The position numbers and the translations under genes were made by a program. A DNA stretch of 64,000 nucleotides from Octopus sinensis (Eukaryota): NCBI RefSeq assembly GCF_006345805.1, contig NC_043016.1, positions 11,656,001 to 11,720,000 on the forward strand. The letters run 5' to 3'. The notes beneath the pieces were generated by a model. It did not search any database and had not been told where the DNA came from. It saw only the letters and a program-made list of their open reading frames with translations. How positions within the stretch are numbered: position 1 is the stretch's first letter; each line of letters starts with the position of its first letter. Shown piece by piece: positions 1-13,093 of the stretch.

Positions 1-1518
1 AATGATTTGACTATTGGAGCGTTGTTAATAGCAATATGGAGACCAAAAGCGAATACAAAGCAAAACAGAATATTTGAAATAAACGATGAAAGAAACCAAG
101 CGTTAATCGTTTAAGCGCTTTTGAAAACGGCAATGACAATTTGTACATCACTTCCATGACCTTTTGCTGTCTACTACAAAACAACACACCACTAATCATC
201 ACCTCGATCAGAAGATGAGACCGAGAAAGACTAGAAAAGGCGCATGGAATTAGGAGCATTTATATTCTATGCTAAATATTAACATTTAGGAAATAGGCAA
301 AATCTCCATTAGAAAGTAATTAAACTTCGTAGTTTCAATATAACAACACACACACATACGTACGCACGTGCACACGCACGTATGTATGTACATCCCTATA
401 GAATAGAATCGGAAATTATCTACTACTGCTCAGGAACCATAATTTCTTTCGATTTGCATGTTGTAAGTAGCGTAGCGTAGATTACGATCTTTTGCAAAAC
501 AAAATAAGTCGATACTGAAAAAATTACATTAAAGGTGTTTCTTCTTTCTTTCTTTCTTCTTTCTCCCCCTTTTTTTTTTTACTCTCTACGATCTTCAAAC
601 GTGCAGAGATCAGAAGAAATTATGGGCTTAAACGCATTTGACAATTTCCGACTCTATTCTATAGGAATACAGAGAGAAAGAAAGAGAGTGTGTGTATGTG
701 TAGAGTAGAAGTGCGAGTAGCTAGATGTATGGACACTTGTTATCATTTACGTAGTGAGAGTGTATATGCGCATGTGTACAAATAAATATAGATAGAAATG
801 TGTGTATGTATACATCATATGTGTTAGCGCTTATGTATATATGTATGTATATATGTATGTGCGTATGCGTGACTGCATTTTAATTTTATGGCCTCGCTGG
901 ATAAAAACGGAGCAACGATTATGTTATTTCTACCTAAATTTGCTAGACTAATCAGTTTATAGTAAATAACATCGTAATAGTTTTTGGTAAGTCATTTCAT
1001 AGAAAGAGAGAAAGAAAGAGAGTAAGAGTCTAACGAAGTTGTTGTATGTGGGTTTTTTTGTTGTTTTTTTTTTGCTTTTTATTTATTAGAGTTTTTTTTT
1101 TAAAGAAGTAGGTCACATCACATAGCTGAGTTTACCACTTTTACGCCTGCTTATATTTGCTTTCCACTAACAACAAAATAGGGAAAAATATTACACGAAA
1201 CTTTTCCCCTTAATATTATTATATACACTTGTTTTACGTAATATAACATACACACACGCCCTTTATATATACAATCGCGCACATGCACCAATTAGTGCAT
1301 GCATATATATATACATCGGATGCGTGCGATTTTTTGTACAGGAACGTATTTCTTTTTAATATAAAATAACTTTTATCTGAAATAACACTGCAAAAATCTT
1401 GGCCAGTCAGTGTGTGTGTGTGTTTCATTATTGGAATTATGGTAATATTTGTTTTTGTTTATTTGTTTCTTTCCTCAACACACATTTGTTTACTCTCACG
1501 TGTGAGTGTGTGTGTGTA

Positions 1519-1566
<48 letters not shown>

Positions 1567-1609
1567 TATGTAGGTGAATCAGACGAGACTGGCTCGACCA
1601 AAATTGTGT

Positions 1610-1653
<44 letters not shown>

Positions 1654-2361
1654 GTGTGTGTAATATGTATGCATGTCGTATGTCTTAATTTGAGATATTG
1701 TAGTTCCCTCTCTTTGTAACTATGAAAACAAAAATAGAAAGTTTCTAACTTGATTAAGGTCGAAAAATACCCCCCACAAAACACGAAAGTAACCAGGTAA
1801 CCTTGTTTTTTAATGATAAAACTTGGAGCAAAAAAAAAAAAAAAGATGAGAAGGTAAAAAAAAAAAACACGTAGAAACGAAAGATAAATTTGACACAACT
1901 CTGTCCAGGAAGTAATTAAATTTTTTTTTTTTTTTAAAAAGACTGTCTAATTACCGCAAAATGTATAGTTTTGCAACAGTTTATTTGTCTAACTTAGTAA
2001 GGTTTAACTGAATAAGCGTAAATAATAATAAGTAAAAGGAATGTTTCTGGACTAAACTTACTAAGTGAAGCGGTTTTCTCTTACTTAAGTCGAGTATGTT
2101 TTTCCTTGGCACATTCCTGTTTGCATTTTTGGATTTACTAATCTCCTTTTAAACTTTTATTTTTCGATTTTTATGTTTGATTTTATTCTTACAGGACCAT
2201 ATCTGTGCTTGTGTGTATGTATGCATATATATATATATATATTATATATAGATATATACGCGTGCATGAGGACGAATTGATGTATATAAATTTCTTGCAC
2301 TTTAAAAAGTTTTTACTTCCGACAGCAGTTAAACTTCCTTTTTTTTTTTTTGTTAATCTAG

Positions 2362-2580
2362 GGAATATTGGTCCTGCTGGGAATATTAGGTTGGCTGAAA
2401 ATCCAAATTCCTCAACGAACTTTGACCTTTTTGATGGTGAAGGCAATGTGAACGATTCTTACAATATAGAAGCATTGTCTCCACACGTTTCCCTTCAGGA
2501 AACCCATGGGAATTTTGGCACAAATATCAGTGAAACTAACGAAAGTGTAACTGCTGAATCGGATACTGTTGGAAGTTCAG
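2362..2580 (+). CDS. Probable upstream coding exon of the ZNF541-like gene (N/S/E/G-rich, no domain)
   Basis: Poly-T tract with ctag| acceptor, open frame GNIGPAGNIRLAENPNSS...DTVGSSG, donor cag|gtaact at 2581. Phase 1 at both ends, matching the phase-1 start of exon 55220. No in-frame ATG, so the start codon was not located. Linkage to the downstream exons is inferred from phase only. Confidence 0.65.
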
Positions 2581-2769
2581 GTAACTAATTAAAACCTTCT
2601 ATTTTGATTGAACTGTTTTTGATTAACACCGTGTTTATTAAACTGAAATTTTGTTGATGTAATTTTTTTAAAAAATAGATTAGACTACAAACTTAGGATA
2701 TTATTATTAATAATAATAATAATCCTTTCTAACACAGCCTCAAATTTCGTGGGAGGGAGTTTCTCAGTT

Positions 2770-3440
2770 ACATCAACCCCTCCCCATGCGATAGCACTCA
2801 ACTAGAATTTAATTTATCGATCTCCGAAAAGATGAAAGGCAAAGTCGACCTCGGCGACATTTGAACTCAGAAGGTAAAGAACCGGAAAAAAATGCCGCTC
2901 AGTATTTTGTGCAACATGATAACGGTTCTGTCAGCTCGTCGCCTTAGTGATAATAATAATAATCTTTTCTGCTCTAGTTTTTAAGTGGCTCTGACACAGG
3001 TGCCTTTTACGTGCCACTGGCAGGCCTGGAATTTGTGGGGAGGGGACTAGTCGATTACATCGGCCCCCAGTGTTTAACTGGTACTAAATTTATCGACCCC
3101 GAAAGGATGAAAAGCAAAGTTGACCTCGGTGGTATTTGAACTCAGAACGTGGTGACAGACGAAATGCCGCTAAGCAGTTTGTCCGGTATGCTTACGATTC
3201 TGCCAGTTCTTCGCCTTAAGAACAATAACAATCTTTTCTACTGTTGGAACAAGTACTGAAATAGGCACAGTACTTGGACTAATCGATTATATTGATCCCT
3301 GTGCTCAACAGGTTCGTATTTTATCGACCTCGAAAAGATAATGTGTGATGTCAACTTTAGCAGAATTTGAACTTCGAACATAAAGCCGTAAGAAATGCTG
3401 TTAAACATTCTCTCCGGCATGATAATGATTCTGTCAACTT
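2770..3440 (-). mobile_element. Cluster of three diverged SINE family B copies
   Basis: Repeated tttatcgaccccgaaaggatgaaaggcaaagtcgacctcggc...ttgaactcagaac blocks. The central gcctttcatcctttcggggtcgataaa on the minus strand resembles the Deu/Nin SINE domain from recall. Confidence 0.75.
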
Positions 3441-3445
3441 GCCAC

Positions 3446-3832
3446 ATCATCATCATCATCATCATTTAGCGTCCGCTTTCCATGCTAGCATGGGTTGGAC
3501 GGTTCGACCAGGGTCTGGGAAGCCAGGAGGCTGCACCAGGCTCCAGTCTGATCTGGCAGTGTTTCTACAGCTGGATGCCCTTCCTGACGCCAACCACTCC
3601 GTGAGTGCTTTTTACATGCCACCGGCACGGAAGCCAGTCAAGGCGGCGCTGGCATCGACCACGTTCGGATGGTGCTTTTTACGTGCCACCAGCACAGAAG
3701 CCAGTCAAGGCGGTGCTGGCATCGACCACGTTCAGATGGTGCTTTTTACGTGCCACCAGCACAGAAGCCAGTCAAGGCAGTGCTGGCATCGGCCATGTTC
3801 GGATGGTGCTTTTTACGTGCCACCGGCACAGG
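3446..3832 (-). mobile_element. RTE 3'-end fragment with a 67-bp tandem array
   Basis: (cat)n tail and body matching the 3' end of the 40158 and 46880 LINEs. Units start at 3605, 3672, 3739, 3806. Confidence 0.85.
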
Positions 3833-4451
3833 TATCACAACTTCTATTTCCATTTGATATTTATTTCGATGTTCATGTACTTGACTCAAAAGGTCTCCTC
3901 AAGCACAGCAGGTCTCCTCTAATAATAATAATCGTTTCTTTATTATCCACTAAAAGCTTACAAAAGGATGGGGGACATTACAGAATGTGATAGAATGCGG
4001 GATTGCTTGAAAGAGTATATAAACAGAAAAATAAATTATAACAATGGATAATTCCCCAAAAGAGAGATTTCTAAGGTCTACTAGTGGAAACCCCACAAAA
4101 CCTCAGTCAAGTACTGAAGCAAGTGCCTTGTTTCTGTTGTTCTCATACCTACAAGTGCATGCTCAGAGTTGGCCCATTCACTCAAGTCATACTCACCATT
4201 CCACCTTTCAATGAATTTTCCAGAAAGCAGCACTTCCCTCTCCACCCTTCCTTTTCCATTATACATGAGGAAGTTAACAAGGTTGTGACTAAAGGGGGAG
4301 GTGTACATCTTCAGCTCTTTCAGTCTGGCCACCATGCAAACCTCTTTTGTTAAGGCCAAACGAAAGCAACTGGATGATGTTTATGGTGGGTCCAACAGAT
4401 CTGTTCTACATGTAACAGCAGCTCTTCATCATAAACCTGTAAGTCAGTAAT

Positions 4452-4684
4452 TTATTTCTTTATTGCCCACAGGGGGCTAAACATAGAGGGGACAAACAAG
4501 GACAGACAGGGATTAAGTCGATTATATCGACCCCAGTGTGTAACTGGTACTTACTTAATCAACCCCGAAAGGAGGAAAGGCAAAGTCGACCTCGACGGAA
4601 TTTGAACTCAGAACGTAACGGCAGACTAAATACCGCTAAGCATTTCGCCCAACATGCTAACGATTCTGCCAGCTCACCGCCTTT
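4452..4684 (-). mobile_element. SINE family B, near full length
   Basis: tRNA-like head (B-box gagttcaaattcc on minus), central domain, tail cccacaggggctaaac. Confidence 0.82.
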
Positions 4685-5918
4685 AAGTCAGTAATGCATG
4701 GACAGGTGAGTGCAGAAGGGCTGCATCACTCTGCATGCACATCAGGCAGGCCCAGTTTATGGTACTTCCATACCTGTAGAGTTTATCTCAAACTGGCACT
4801 GCCAGGCAAAGGATTTCTAGAAATTATCCATGTTCCCCAGCCCAAAAGTCCTCCAGAATAGACCAGCCAGTTGATTTTCATCAATGCATGAAGTTTCCCC
4901 AAGAGCATTGTCACTCTTGCTCATCAGTAATGCTCTGTAGAACACCATGATGAAACTTCCACTAATCACACACAACCTGACTGTAAAGGGCTGTGAGCAT
5001 TTGACAACATTCCAGATGACTCTCAACAGCCTTCCCTCTATAAATATGATACTTGTTTTCTTTAATTGTGATTTACTTTTTTGGTGCAGAGCCCCTAAAA
5101 AAAAATCCAGGTTTCAGATCTGGCCTGGATATCAAAAAGGTTGAGAACCACTGGTATAAATAGCACAGAATTCTACAGAATCACTGCCAAGTAATACATT
5201 GTATTCCCCACACAATCATCATACAATGAAATAATCCACACTTTACATACTCTTGCACAGTTGGCACTCAACACTATAAACATCATCAGTCTGCATTTTA
5301 CACAGTTGTCACCTTATAATATAATTCAACCCACACAGCATTTATTTCAACACAATTGCCACCCAACATTAAAACACACGCTGCCAATTACACAGCAGAG
5401 AAGAAACACAAACAGAAGCCAATAACAACTCAATGTGTATCCTTATATGATTGACACCTGGTCAGGTTATACCAAGAACTCACACAGGTGCGAAACCATG
5501 TAGTGAGGAAGTTTGCTTATGAACCACATGGCTCTGGGTTCAGTCCTACCTTGAGCAAGTGTCTTCTACTATAGCCTCAGGCCAGCCAAAGCCTTGTGAG
5601 TGGATTTGGTAGACGGAAACTGAAAGAAGCCCATCATGTATTTGTGTGTGTGTGTCTTTGTGCCTGCATTTGTCATCCACCACGAATTGACAACTGGTGT
5701 TGGTGTGTTTATATCCCTGTAACTTAGCAGTTTGGCAAGAGAGACCGATAGAATAAGTATCAGGCTTAAAAAAATGAGGAGGCACTGGAGTCAATGTGTT
5801 CAACTAAAAATTCTTCCCGGTGGTGCCAAAGCATGGCCACAGCCAAATAAGTAAAAGTAACTCACGTTCACCTCATAGGCATATTCTATTCAATCACTAA
5901 GCAGTGAAATGACATTTA

Positions 5919-6585
5919 TCATCATCGTTTAACGTCCGCTTTCCATGCTAGCATGGGTTGGACGGTTCAACTGGGGTCTGGGAAGCCCGAAGGCTGCAGA
6001 TCTGGCAGTGTTTCTACAGCTTGATGCCCTTCCTAACACCAACCACTCCGTGAGTGTAGTGGGTGCTATTTTTACGTGCCACCGACACAGGTGCCAGACG
6101 AGGCTGGCAAACGGTCATGCACTGGTGGTGTTTTTTACGTGCCACCGGCACGGAGGCCAGGCGGGGCTGGCACAGCCACGTTCGGATGGTGTTTGTTACG
6201 GGGGCCAGTCGATGCGGTACTGGCTACGGCAACGTTGGATGGTTTTCTTATGTTAAACTCACATTTCTGAGGAAATGGCAGTGGATCAGGAGATTTGCAG
6301 TATTTGATAAAACCAGTCTTCCACACATACAGGTTTGTCCCTTCAGGTGCCAGTGCCACATAAAAGGCACCTGTGCCAGTGCTGCATGAACGTACCCATG
6401 CCGGTGGCACCTACAAAGCACCAAACACACTGTAAAGTGGTAGGCTTTAGGAAGAGCATCCAGCCGTAGAAACCCATGCCACAACAGACAATTGTAGTCT
6501 GGACAGCTCCATGTCAAGCTGTCCAACCCATGCCAGCATGGAAAGCAGATGTTAAATGATTATGATGATGATGATGATGATGATG
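5919..6585. mobile_element. Divergent pair of RTE 3'-end fragments (about 5919-6230 -, 6345-6585 +)
   Basis: Same motifs on opposite strands. Confidence 0.75.
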
Positions 6586-7419
6586 GTCACAGCAGGAGTT
6601 AGTATTGAGGATGGTAGAAACATCTGGCCCAGAGTCACAAAGTCTGATTCAGCAAAACTCATGCTGTCGTGTGAGAGTTTTCTTTTCGATTACATTGGTG
6701 GGTAGCTCTGGTGTCATGGTGGAAGGGGCCAAAGCCCCTACAGAGCTGCTCCACCACCTGATGAAACATTGAAGATTACGTTCGGAAATGGAGTAAAACT
6801 GCACTCTCAGTACACAGGTGTTTTGTTTTATTTTATTTATGCGCCCTTTTCAAGCCTAGACAGGCGCATGGGCCCAGTTTCTGTGGCGTACATGTGCCCC
6901 CCCCCCCCCAGCTGGACAGGATGCCAGTCCATCGCAGCATTACCCAAAAAGCAGGAAGAAAGAGTGAGAGAAAGAGTACAAGGGTCAGCACCACACCCTG
7001 CTGGAGCTTCATGGAGCTTTAGGTGTTTTCGTTCAATAAACACACATAACGCCTGGTCTGGGAATCAAAGCTGCAATCCTCCGACCGCGAGTCCGCTGCC
7101 CTAACCATTGAGCCATCGCACCTCCACACACAGGTGTTTACCCTAAATAATTACGCAACAGACGACACACTAAAATAACATAAGCATTAACAATATAAAA
7201 TTCATCATCATCTTTATCATCATTTTGCCTCCACTTTCCATGCTGGCATAGGTTAAACAGAGTGACAAGATCTGACACATCAGCAGACCACATCATGTTC
7301 TACGGTATTATTAGTTCTGGCTTGGTTTCTCTAGCTGGATGCCATTCTTAGTGCCAACCACTTTACACAGTGTACTGGATGCTCATTTTGTTGAACCAGC
7401 ACTTACAAAGTCATCTTAA

Positions 7420-7625
7420 CTCTTTTGATATCAACCCACCTAAACCACCCCAGGTTCTATGATGTAAACTTAAACTAAAGTGGTCTAAATTACAATTTTC
7501 CATTAAAATTTTATGTTAATTTGCTCCAAACCCCAGCTTAATAAGAAAGTTATTTCGATGAAATACTTCAAAAATTAATTGAAATAAAGGCAGCAAATGT
7601 TGAGTGAAATATGGTAACAAAAGGG
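7420..7625. mobile_element. piggyBac-like MITE, related subfamily
   Basis: TTAA|ctcttttgatatc ... ggtaacaaaaggg|TTAA. Similar to 24120-24351. Confidence 0.65.
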
Positions 7626-7637
7626 TTAAAGCTTGCA

Positions 7638-8026
7638 AGGCGCAGGAGTGGCTGCGTGGTAAGTAGCTTGCTTACCAACCACATGGTTCTGGGTTCAGTC
7701 CCACTGCATGGCATCTTGAGCAAGTGTCTTCTACTATAGCCTCGGGCCGACCAAAGCCTTGAGTGGATTTGGTAGACAGAAACTGAAAGAAGCCTGTCGT
7801 ATATGTATATGTATATATGCGTGTCTGTGTTTGTCCCCCTAGCATTGCTTGACAACCGATGCTGGTGTGTTTATGTCCCCGTTACTTAGCGGTTCGGCAA
7901 AAGAGACCGATAGAATAAGTACTGGGCTTACAAAGAATAAGACCCGGGGTCGAGTTGCTTGACTAAAGGCGGTGCTCCAGCATGGCCGCAGTCAAATGAC
8001 TGAAACAAGTAAAAGAGTAAAGAGTA
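7638..8026 (+). mobile_element. tRNA-headed SINE family A, full length
   Basis: A-box-like tggctgcgtggtaag, B-box-like gggttcagtccc, cttgagcaagtgtc block (CORE-like from recall), internal TA/TG microsatellite, tail gactgaaacaagtaaaagagt. Confidence 0.85.
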
Positions 8027-9424
8027 AGTTTAACGGACTGAGAAAGAGCCTCTTTACTCACCAACTCAAATTATAGAGAGAGAGAGAGTGATTTTAGTTA
8101 AGGCAGGGTGGTGAGAGAAATGAAGGCTCATGGCTCAGTGGTTAGGGTGTTGGAATCGTGATTGTAAGATTGTGTAGTTTCATTTCCTGGACCAGGCAAG
8201 GCATTGTGTTCTTGAACAAAACACATTGCTCCATTCCACTCACGTGGTAAAGATGAGTAATCCTGTGAAGGACTGAGGTCCTATCCAGTGAGGAACGTAT
8301 ACACCAGAGAAACCAGGAATCCAGTGCTGTGCTCCTTCAAGGAGTAATGTAGACTGATGAAGTTGATGAGGGAGGATAGAGTATGACGAGGGAAACAGAT
8401 TGTTCTGAGAGAGTAAGAGAGTAGACACTGTTGCTCTCTTTGTTGCCATACTCTGATGTGGTCTACACACAATTCTACTCCACTAATTATCCATATTGGG
8501 AATACACATGTGCATCTAGTGGACTGGAAATTCATATAAACCTGTTGAAAATAGTGATAATATTTTGGTGAAAACAACAATAATTTTTTCCTACTCTAGG
8601 CACAAGGCCTGAAATTTTTGGCAACAGGGTCAGTTAATTATATCAACCCCAGTACACAACTGGTCCTTAATTTATCGAAAGGGTGAAAGGCAAAGTCAAC
8701 CTCCGTGGAATTTGAACTCAGAACGTAAAAACAGACAAAATACTGATGCACATTTCGCCGTAAACAACAATAATTATTCCTAACATGGACACAAGGCTCG
8801 AAATTTGGAGGAAGAATACGTCAGTTCTATCAGACATGATGGTACTTCCACACATGTTGAATTTATGAGGAATACAAACACCGCCTTTGATATCACTACC
8901 AAGTCAAGTTCTCTGGAATAGTCTCTTCAGTTGATCTTTGATGAGTTTCAGAGTCTACTCAAGAATGTTGCTACTCTACCCGCCAGTAGCCCTCTATAGA
9001 ATACAAAGGCTGATGTACCACCATCTGCATTACCCTATCCCTAGAGCCTAGCTCCGCAACCCTTTTTCACTTGCAGTACAATTATACTCTTTTCGAAATT
9101 TGGCAGTACACCTGAACTATAGGGGGGAAAATTATGTTCAGATTACACTGCGCCACACCGAGCATTGTCTTGTGGCACACCAGTGTGTCCTGGCATGCCG
9201 GTTGCAGCGCGCTGCTGTAGAGAACTAAGTGCTAGGCAATGCTACAGATATCCAATCTTGCTTTTTGTTTGACACAGGATTGCAGCATCATCTCTTTGAT
9301 GAAGCTGCAAGAAAACATACCTCATACAACAACATCTCCTTGGTGTAGAAAACTCTGCAATGCCAACAGTCTCAGCACACACACACACAGACATGCAATT
9401 CATTATAATATTCAATTGCACCCA

Positions 9425-9884
9425 TGCCAAACCCCTTTGATTGTGAAGACCTGTTGGGGCAAGTGAAATCGAAATTGAACCAATCCTATGACTGGCCCCT
9501 GGACTGGTGGTACGTAAAAAGCACTATCCGAATCGTGGCCGATGCTAGCGCTGCCTCGACTGGCTTCTGTGCCGGTGGCACGTAAAAGGGAAAATCCGAA
9601 TCGTGGCCAAAGCCAGTGCCGCCTCGACTGGCTTCCGTGCCAGTGGCACATAAAATGCACCAATCCGACCGTGGCCGATGCCAGCCTCGCCTGGCACCTG
9701 TGCAGGTGGCACATAAAAAGCACCCACTACACTCACAGAGTGGTTGGCGTTAGGAAGGGCATCCAGCTGTAGAAACACTGACAGATAAGACTGGAGCCTT
9801 CTGGCTTCCCAGATCCCCGGTCGAACCGTCCAACCCATGCTAGCATGGAGAACGGACGTTAAACGATGATGATGATGATGATGA
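9425..9884 (+). mobile_element. 5'-truncated RTE 3' UTR
   Basis: Includes gaagacctgttggggcaagtgaaa...aaccaatcctatgactggc, matching the reverse complement of about 40545-40600. Ends ggacgttaaac(gat)n. Confidence 0.85.
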
Positions 9885-10369
9885 ATTATAAAAATACAGT
9901 AGGATTATTTTTATAAAATAGGAATCAAGAGGGTCCATAGATCCATGTGTGAGGTGGTGGTCTTTGTGTCTGTGTTTGGCCCTCCCCTTCCTGCTTGATG
10001 ACTGGTGTTGGTCTGTTCATGTCCCCAATAACTTAGCAGTTTAGCAAAAAAGAATGATAGACAATAGAATAAGTGCCAAGCTTAAAAAGAAAATGGTGGG
10101 GTCAATTCGGTTGACTAAACATTCTTCAAGGTGGTGCCCCAGCATGGCCACAGTCAAATGACTGAAAATGGTAATTAGTAAATCTGGTAAAATAACTTTG
10201 ACAGTTTCAATAAGCTAAGGTTTTATTCTTTTACTTGTTTCAGTCATTAGTAGAACAAATCAACCCAGGACTTGTTCTATCGGTATTTTGCTAACTGGCT
10301 GGATGCTCTTCCTAAAGCCTACCACTTTACAGAGTGTGTTCGATGCTTTGTAGGTGCCACCGGCATGGG

Positions 10370-10375
10370 TATATG

Positions 10376-10425
<50 letters not shown>

Positions 10426-10495
10426 ATATATATGTGTGGTGGTGTGTGTGTATATGTATATGTATATATATATATATGTGTGTGTGTATATGTAT

Positions 10496-10536
<41 letters not shown>

Positions 10537-10875
10537 TATATATATGTATGTGTATATATGTATGTGTGTATATGTATGTTATATATATATATATGTGTAT
10601 ATATGTATGTATATATATATATGTGTGTATATATGTATGTATATATATATATATATGTGTGTATATATGTATGTATATATATATATATATGTGTATATAT
10701 GTATGTATATATATATATATATGTATGTGTATATATGTATGTATATATATATATATATGTATGTGTATATATGTATGTATATATATATATATATGTATGT
10801 GTATATATGTATGTATATATATATATGTATGTGTATATATGTATGTATATATATATATATGTATGTATATATATA
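10370..10875. repeat. Compound (TA)/(TATG)/(TG) microsatellite
   Basis: About 500 bp of TA runs punctuated by gtgtatatatgtatgt units. Confidence 0.95.
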
Positions 10876-11689
10876 GGCTTCTTTCAGTTTGTCTTCCAAA
10901 TCCATTCACAAGGCTTCTTACCACACAGCCACTCCTGCGCCTGAACATAAATTAACAATAAAATTTAACTGTTGTAGTTTGTATCATAAAGATGCCCCCC
11001 CCCCCAACTTCCCCACCCCCTCACCCCAGGTGGTTTGGAATGAATAGGGTCAATCCCTTATGACTAGTAACCAGGGGCATACCACATGTTTATTTATAGC
11101 TGTTCTCAGAGTTTATCATGGAATGTCCTTCTTTAAATGATGATGATGATGATGATATATGAAAGCTTTTAACCTCAGCTATGGTTGAGGCTGTAAGTTG
11201 CAGTTTCCTTACATATGAAATATGTTGTCCCTACAAGTAATTAATGTATTTATTGTCATTTTTCTTGGTTTTTATTGCCCATTGCTTTTGTTTTATTTTT
11301 TTTTCTTTCTCTCCTTTATTTCAATTTTCTTTCACTTTAATCCACTTCACCACCGTTATTCCTCTCCTTCTTCTTCCCTCACTGTCTCATTTGAATGACC
11401 TTTGACCAGAGCTGCTAATACATACACATTCCATTTCACTCAATTGTCCTCTCTTTCCCCCCTTCTCTCTCTCTCTCTCTCTCTTTGTCCCTGCCTGCCC
11501 TGCTTTCTTTACACACCTACATATTTCACAGTATTGACCAGCCCACATATATGCATTCACATACATACATACATTGACTTCCATTACTAGCTCTTAAAGG
11601 GCTGTCATCAATATTTCTACTGTTTTATGCTGAATAATTTACCTTAAATTGTAGTTATCTCATTTAAAAGTATATATCACAGATCATAT

Positions 11690-12208
11690 CATCTCTCTCT
11701 ATGTAAACGGCAGTTTGTCTGTCTGTGTGTCTGTCAGGTTGTACCCTCACCCTGACCACGGCTTTCAACCAATTCTGATGAAACTTGACACACACATAGC
11801 CCAATGTCATAATTCAAAACTAACGCAGCGAAAATTTTGAAAAGTTCCCACAGTTCTGAAAATAATCGATAAATTCGACATGGGGTCGAGAATCTAAGCT
11901 TTTTATATGCAACACATTTTCTGTTGTAGTTTTCGCAACTTGCAATCGATTTTCACCAAACTCATTGTGAAGCTTAATGTTACCCTAAGAAACTTAATTC
12001 TGATGTTAGTTTTCCTTGCAATACCTTACCATCAGAAAAAAATCGATAAAATCATGCCATTTTGGGAAATCACGTTCAAATTCAAGATGACATATTTTCA
12101 ACAATATCTTTCACAAATTGGCAGAAATTTTTTTCTAAATTCACAGCAAGCATCATGTCTGCTCCAGGGGCTCTTACATACCCGGGCAATGCCGGGCTAT
12201 GCTGCTAG
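11690..12208 (+). mobile_element. Non-autonomous Helitron-like element
   Basis: 3' hairpin cccgg-gcaatg-ccggg (12181-12196) followed by CTAG|T at 12205-12208. TC-containing start near 11690 and a ctgt repeat close to the 5' end. Confidence 0.7.
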
Positions 12209-12222
12209 TATATATATATATA

Positions 12223-12443
12223 TAAAACAATTGCAGCGTGGAAGGTGTTTATAAGCCATTTAAGAAACACACAAAAACCGTTAGATTCACTTCAACATTT
12301 TATTTTAATTTGTCAAAATATTTTCGTCACTTTCAGACCGCAACCTCTTCACTGACAAAATCCCGTGCTGCACGGAAGTGAATCTAACAGTTTTGTGTGT
12401 TTCTTAAATGGCTTATAAACACCTTCCACGCTGCAATTGTTTT
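12223..12443 (-). mobile_element. Foldback element with hammerhead-like motif in the loop (Penelope-like derivative?)
   Basis: About 70-bp arms 12223-12292 and 12375-12443; motif at 12309-12359. Confidence 0.65.
12309..12359 (-). ncRNA. Hammerhead-like fold with C3G core change (predicted, possibly inactive)
   Basis: tttgtca-GTGAAGA-g-gttgc-ggtctgaaa-gtgac-GAAA-atat-T-T-tgacaaa: 7-bp stem I, 5-bp stem II. Confidence 0.5.
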
Positions 12444-13093
12444 CATTCTAGCACATGATCTCAGATCAGGTCACTTGCTATGCAAGTACATCTCTGTAAT
12501 ATATATATATATATAATAGCAATAATTCTAGGATGGAATTTATAAATATTTAAACCATCACTACGCATTTCCACAGATCAGATATGATTTTAACATCAGA
12601 GTCGGTATCCTTGGGATTAGTAAAGTGTAGTCCATACTATCCATGGGCATCCGGTTGATCATCACCATTGATTCATTTCATCAGGCAATAATACTGCATT
12701 ATTGTATGAATCACAGAGGGATGTTTATCTCTTCTTGCCAGTATGAAGGGCAATCTAGCCATGTGGGTATTTCTGTTTGTATTTGGTTGGAGGAGGTAGG
12801 TGATGGGAGTAGAGGAAGGAAGGAATGGTAGTTATATGGGGATGGAGGTGTGTGTGGTGGTGTTGAATATATATATATACATGAATAAGTGAGTGCATGA
12901 TTACACGAGGATGAAGAAAGAGAACCACTAATAGTAACTCCACAGATAAAAAGGTAAAAAAATAGTATCATGTGTAACTGCAGATATAAAGGCAAATGCG
13001 GAGTCAACAACACTGCATGGTAGGGAATGTAGCATACAAATGTGAAGGTAAATATGCAGAAATATAATGGGACTTCACAGGTATGCAACATAT

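Noticed and set aside
11-259. 82-aa minus-strand ORF, and a first exon or start codon for the host gene in 1-2300
   Set aside because: No recognisable protein features. Candidate splice sites (gtatgt 2094, acag 2194) could not be tied to a frame or ATG.
3605-3832. CRISPR-like array (palindromic repeat plus spacer)
   Set aside because: The spacers are copies of each other, the array is part of an RTE 3' UTR, the DNA is eukaryotic and there are no cas genes.
6755-6800. CTGATGA ... GAAA hammerhead candidate
   Set aside because: Stem I does not pair.
7638-7720. tRNA genes
   Set aside because: The A/B-box-like heads continue into SINE bodies and I could not fold a full cloverleaf.
10272-10955. 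Long ORFs rich in Y/I/C/V/M/H
   Set aside because: Stop-free translations of TA/TG microsatellites; the same applies to the RE/SL ORFs at 35351-35791 and 44266-44670.
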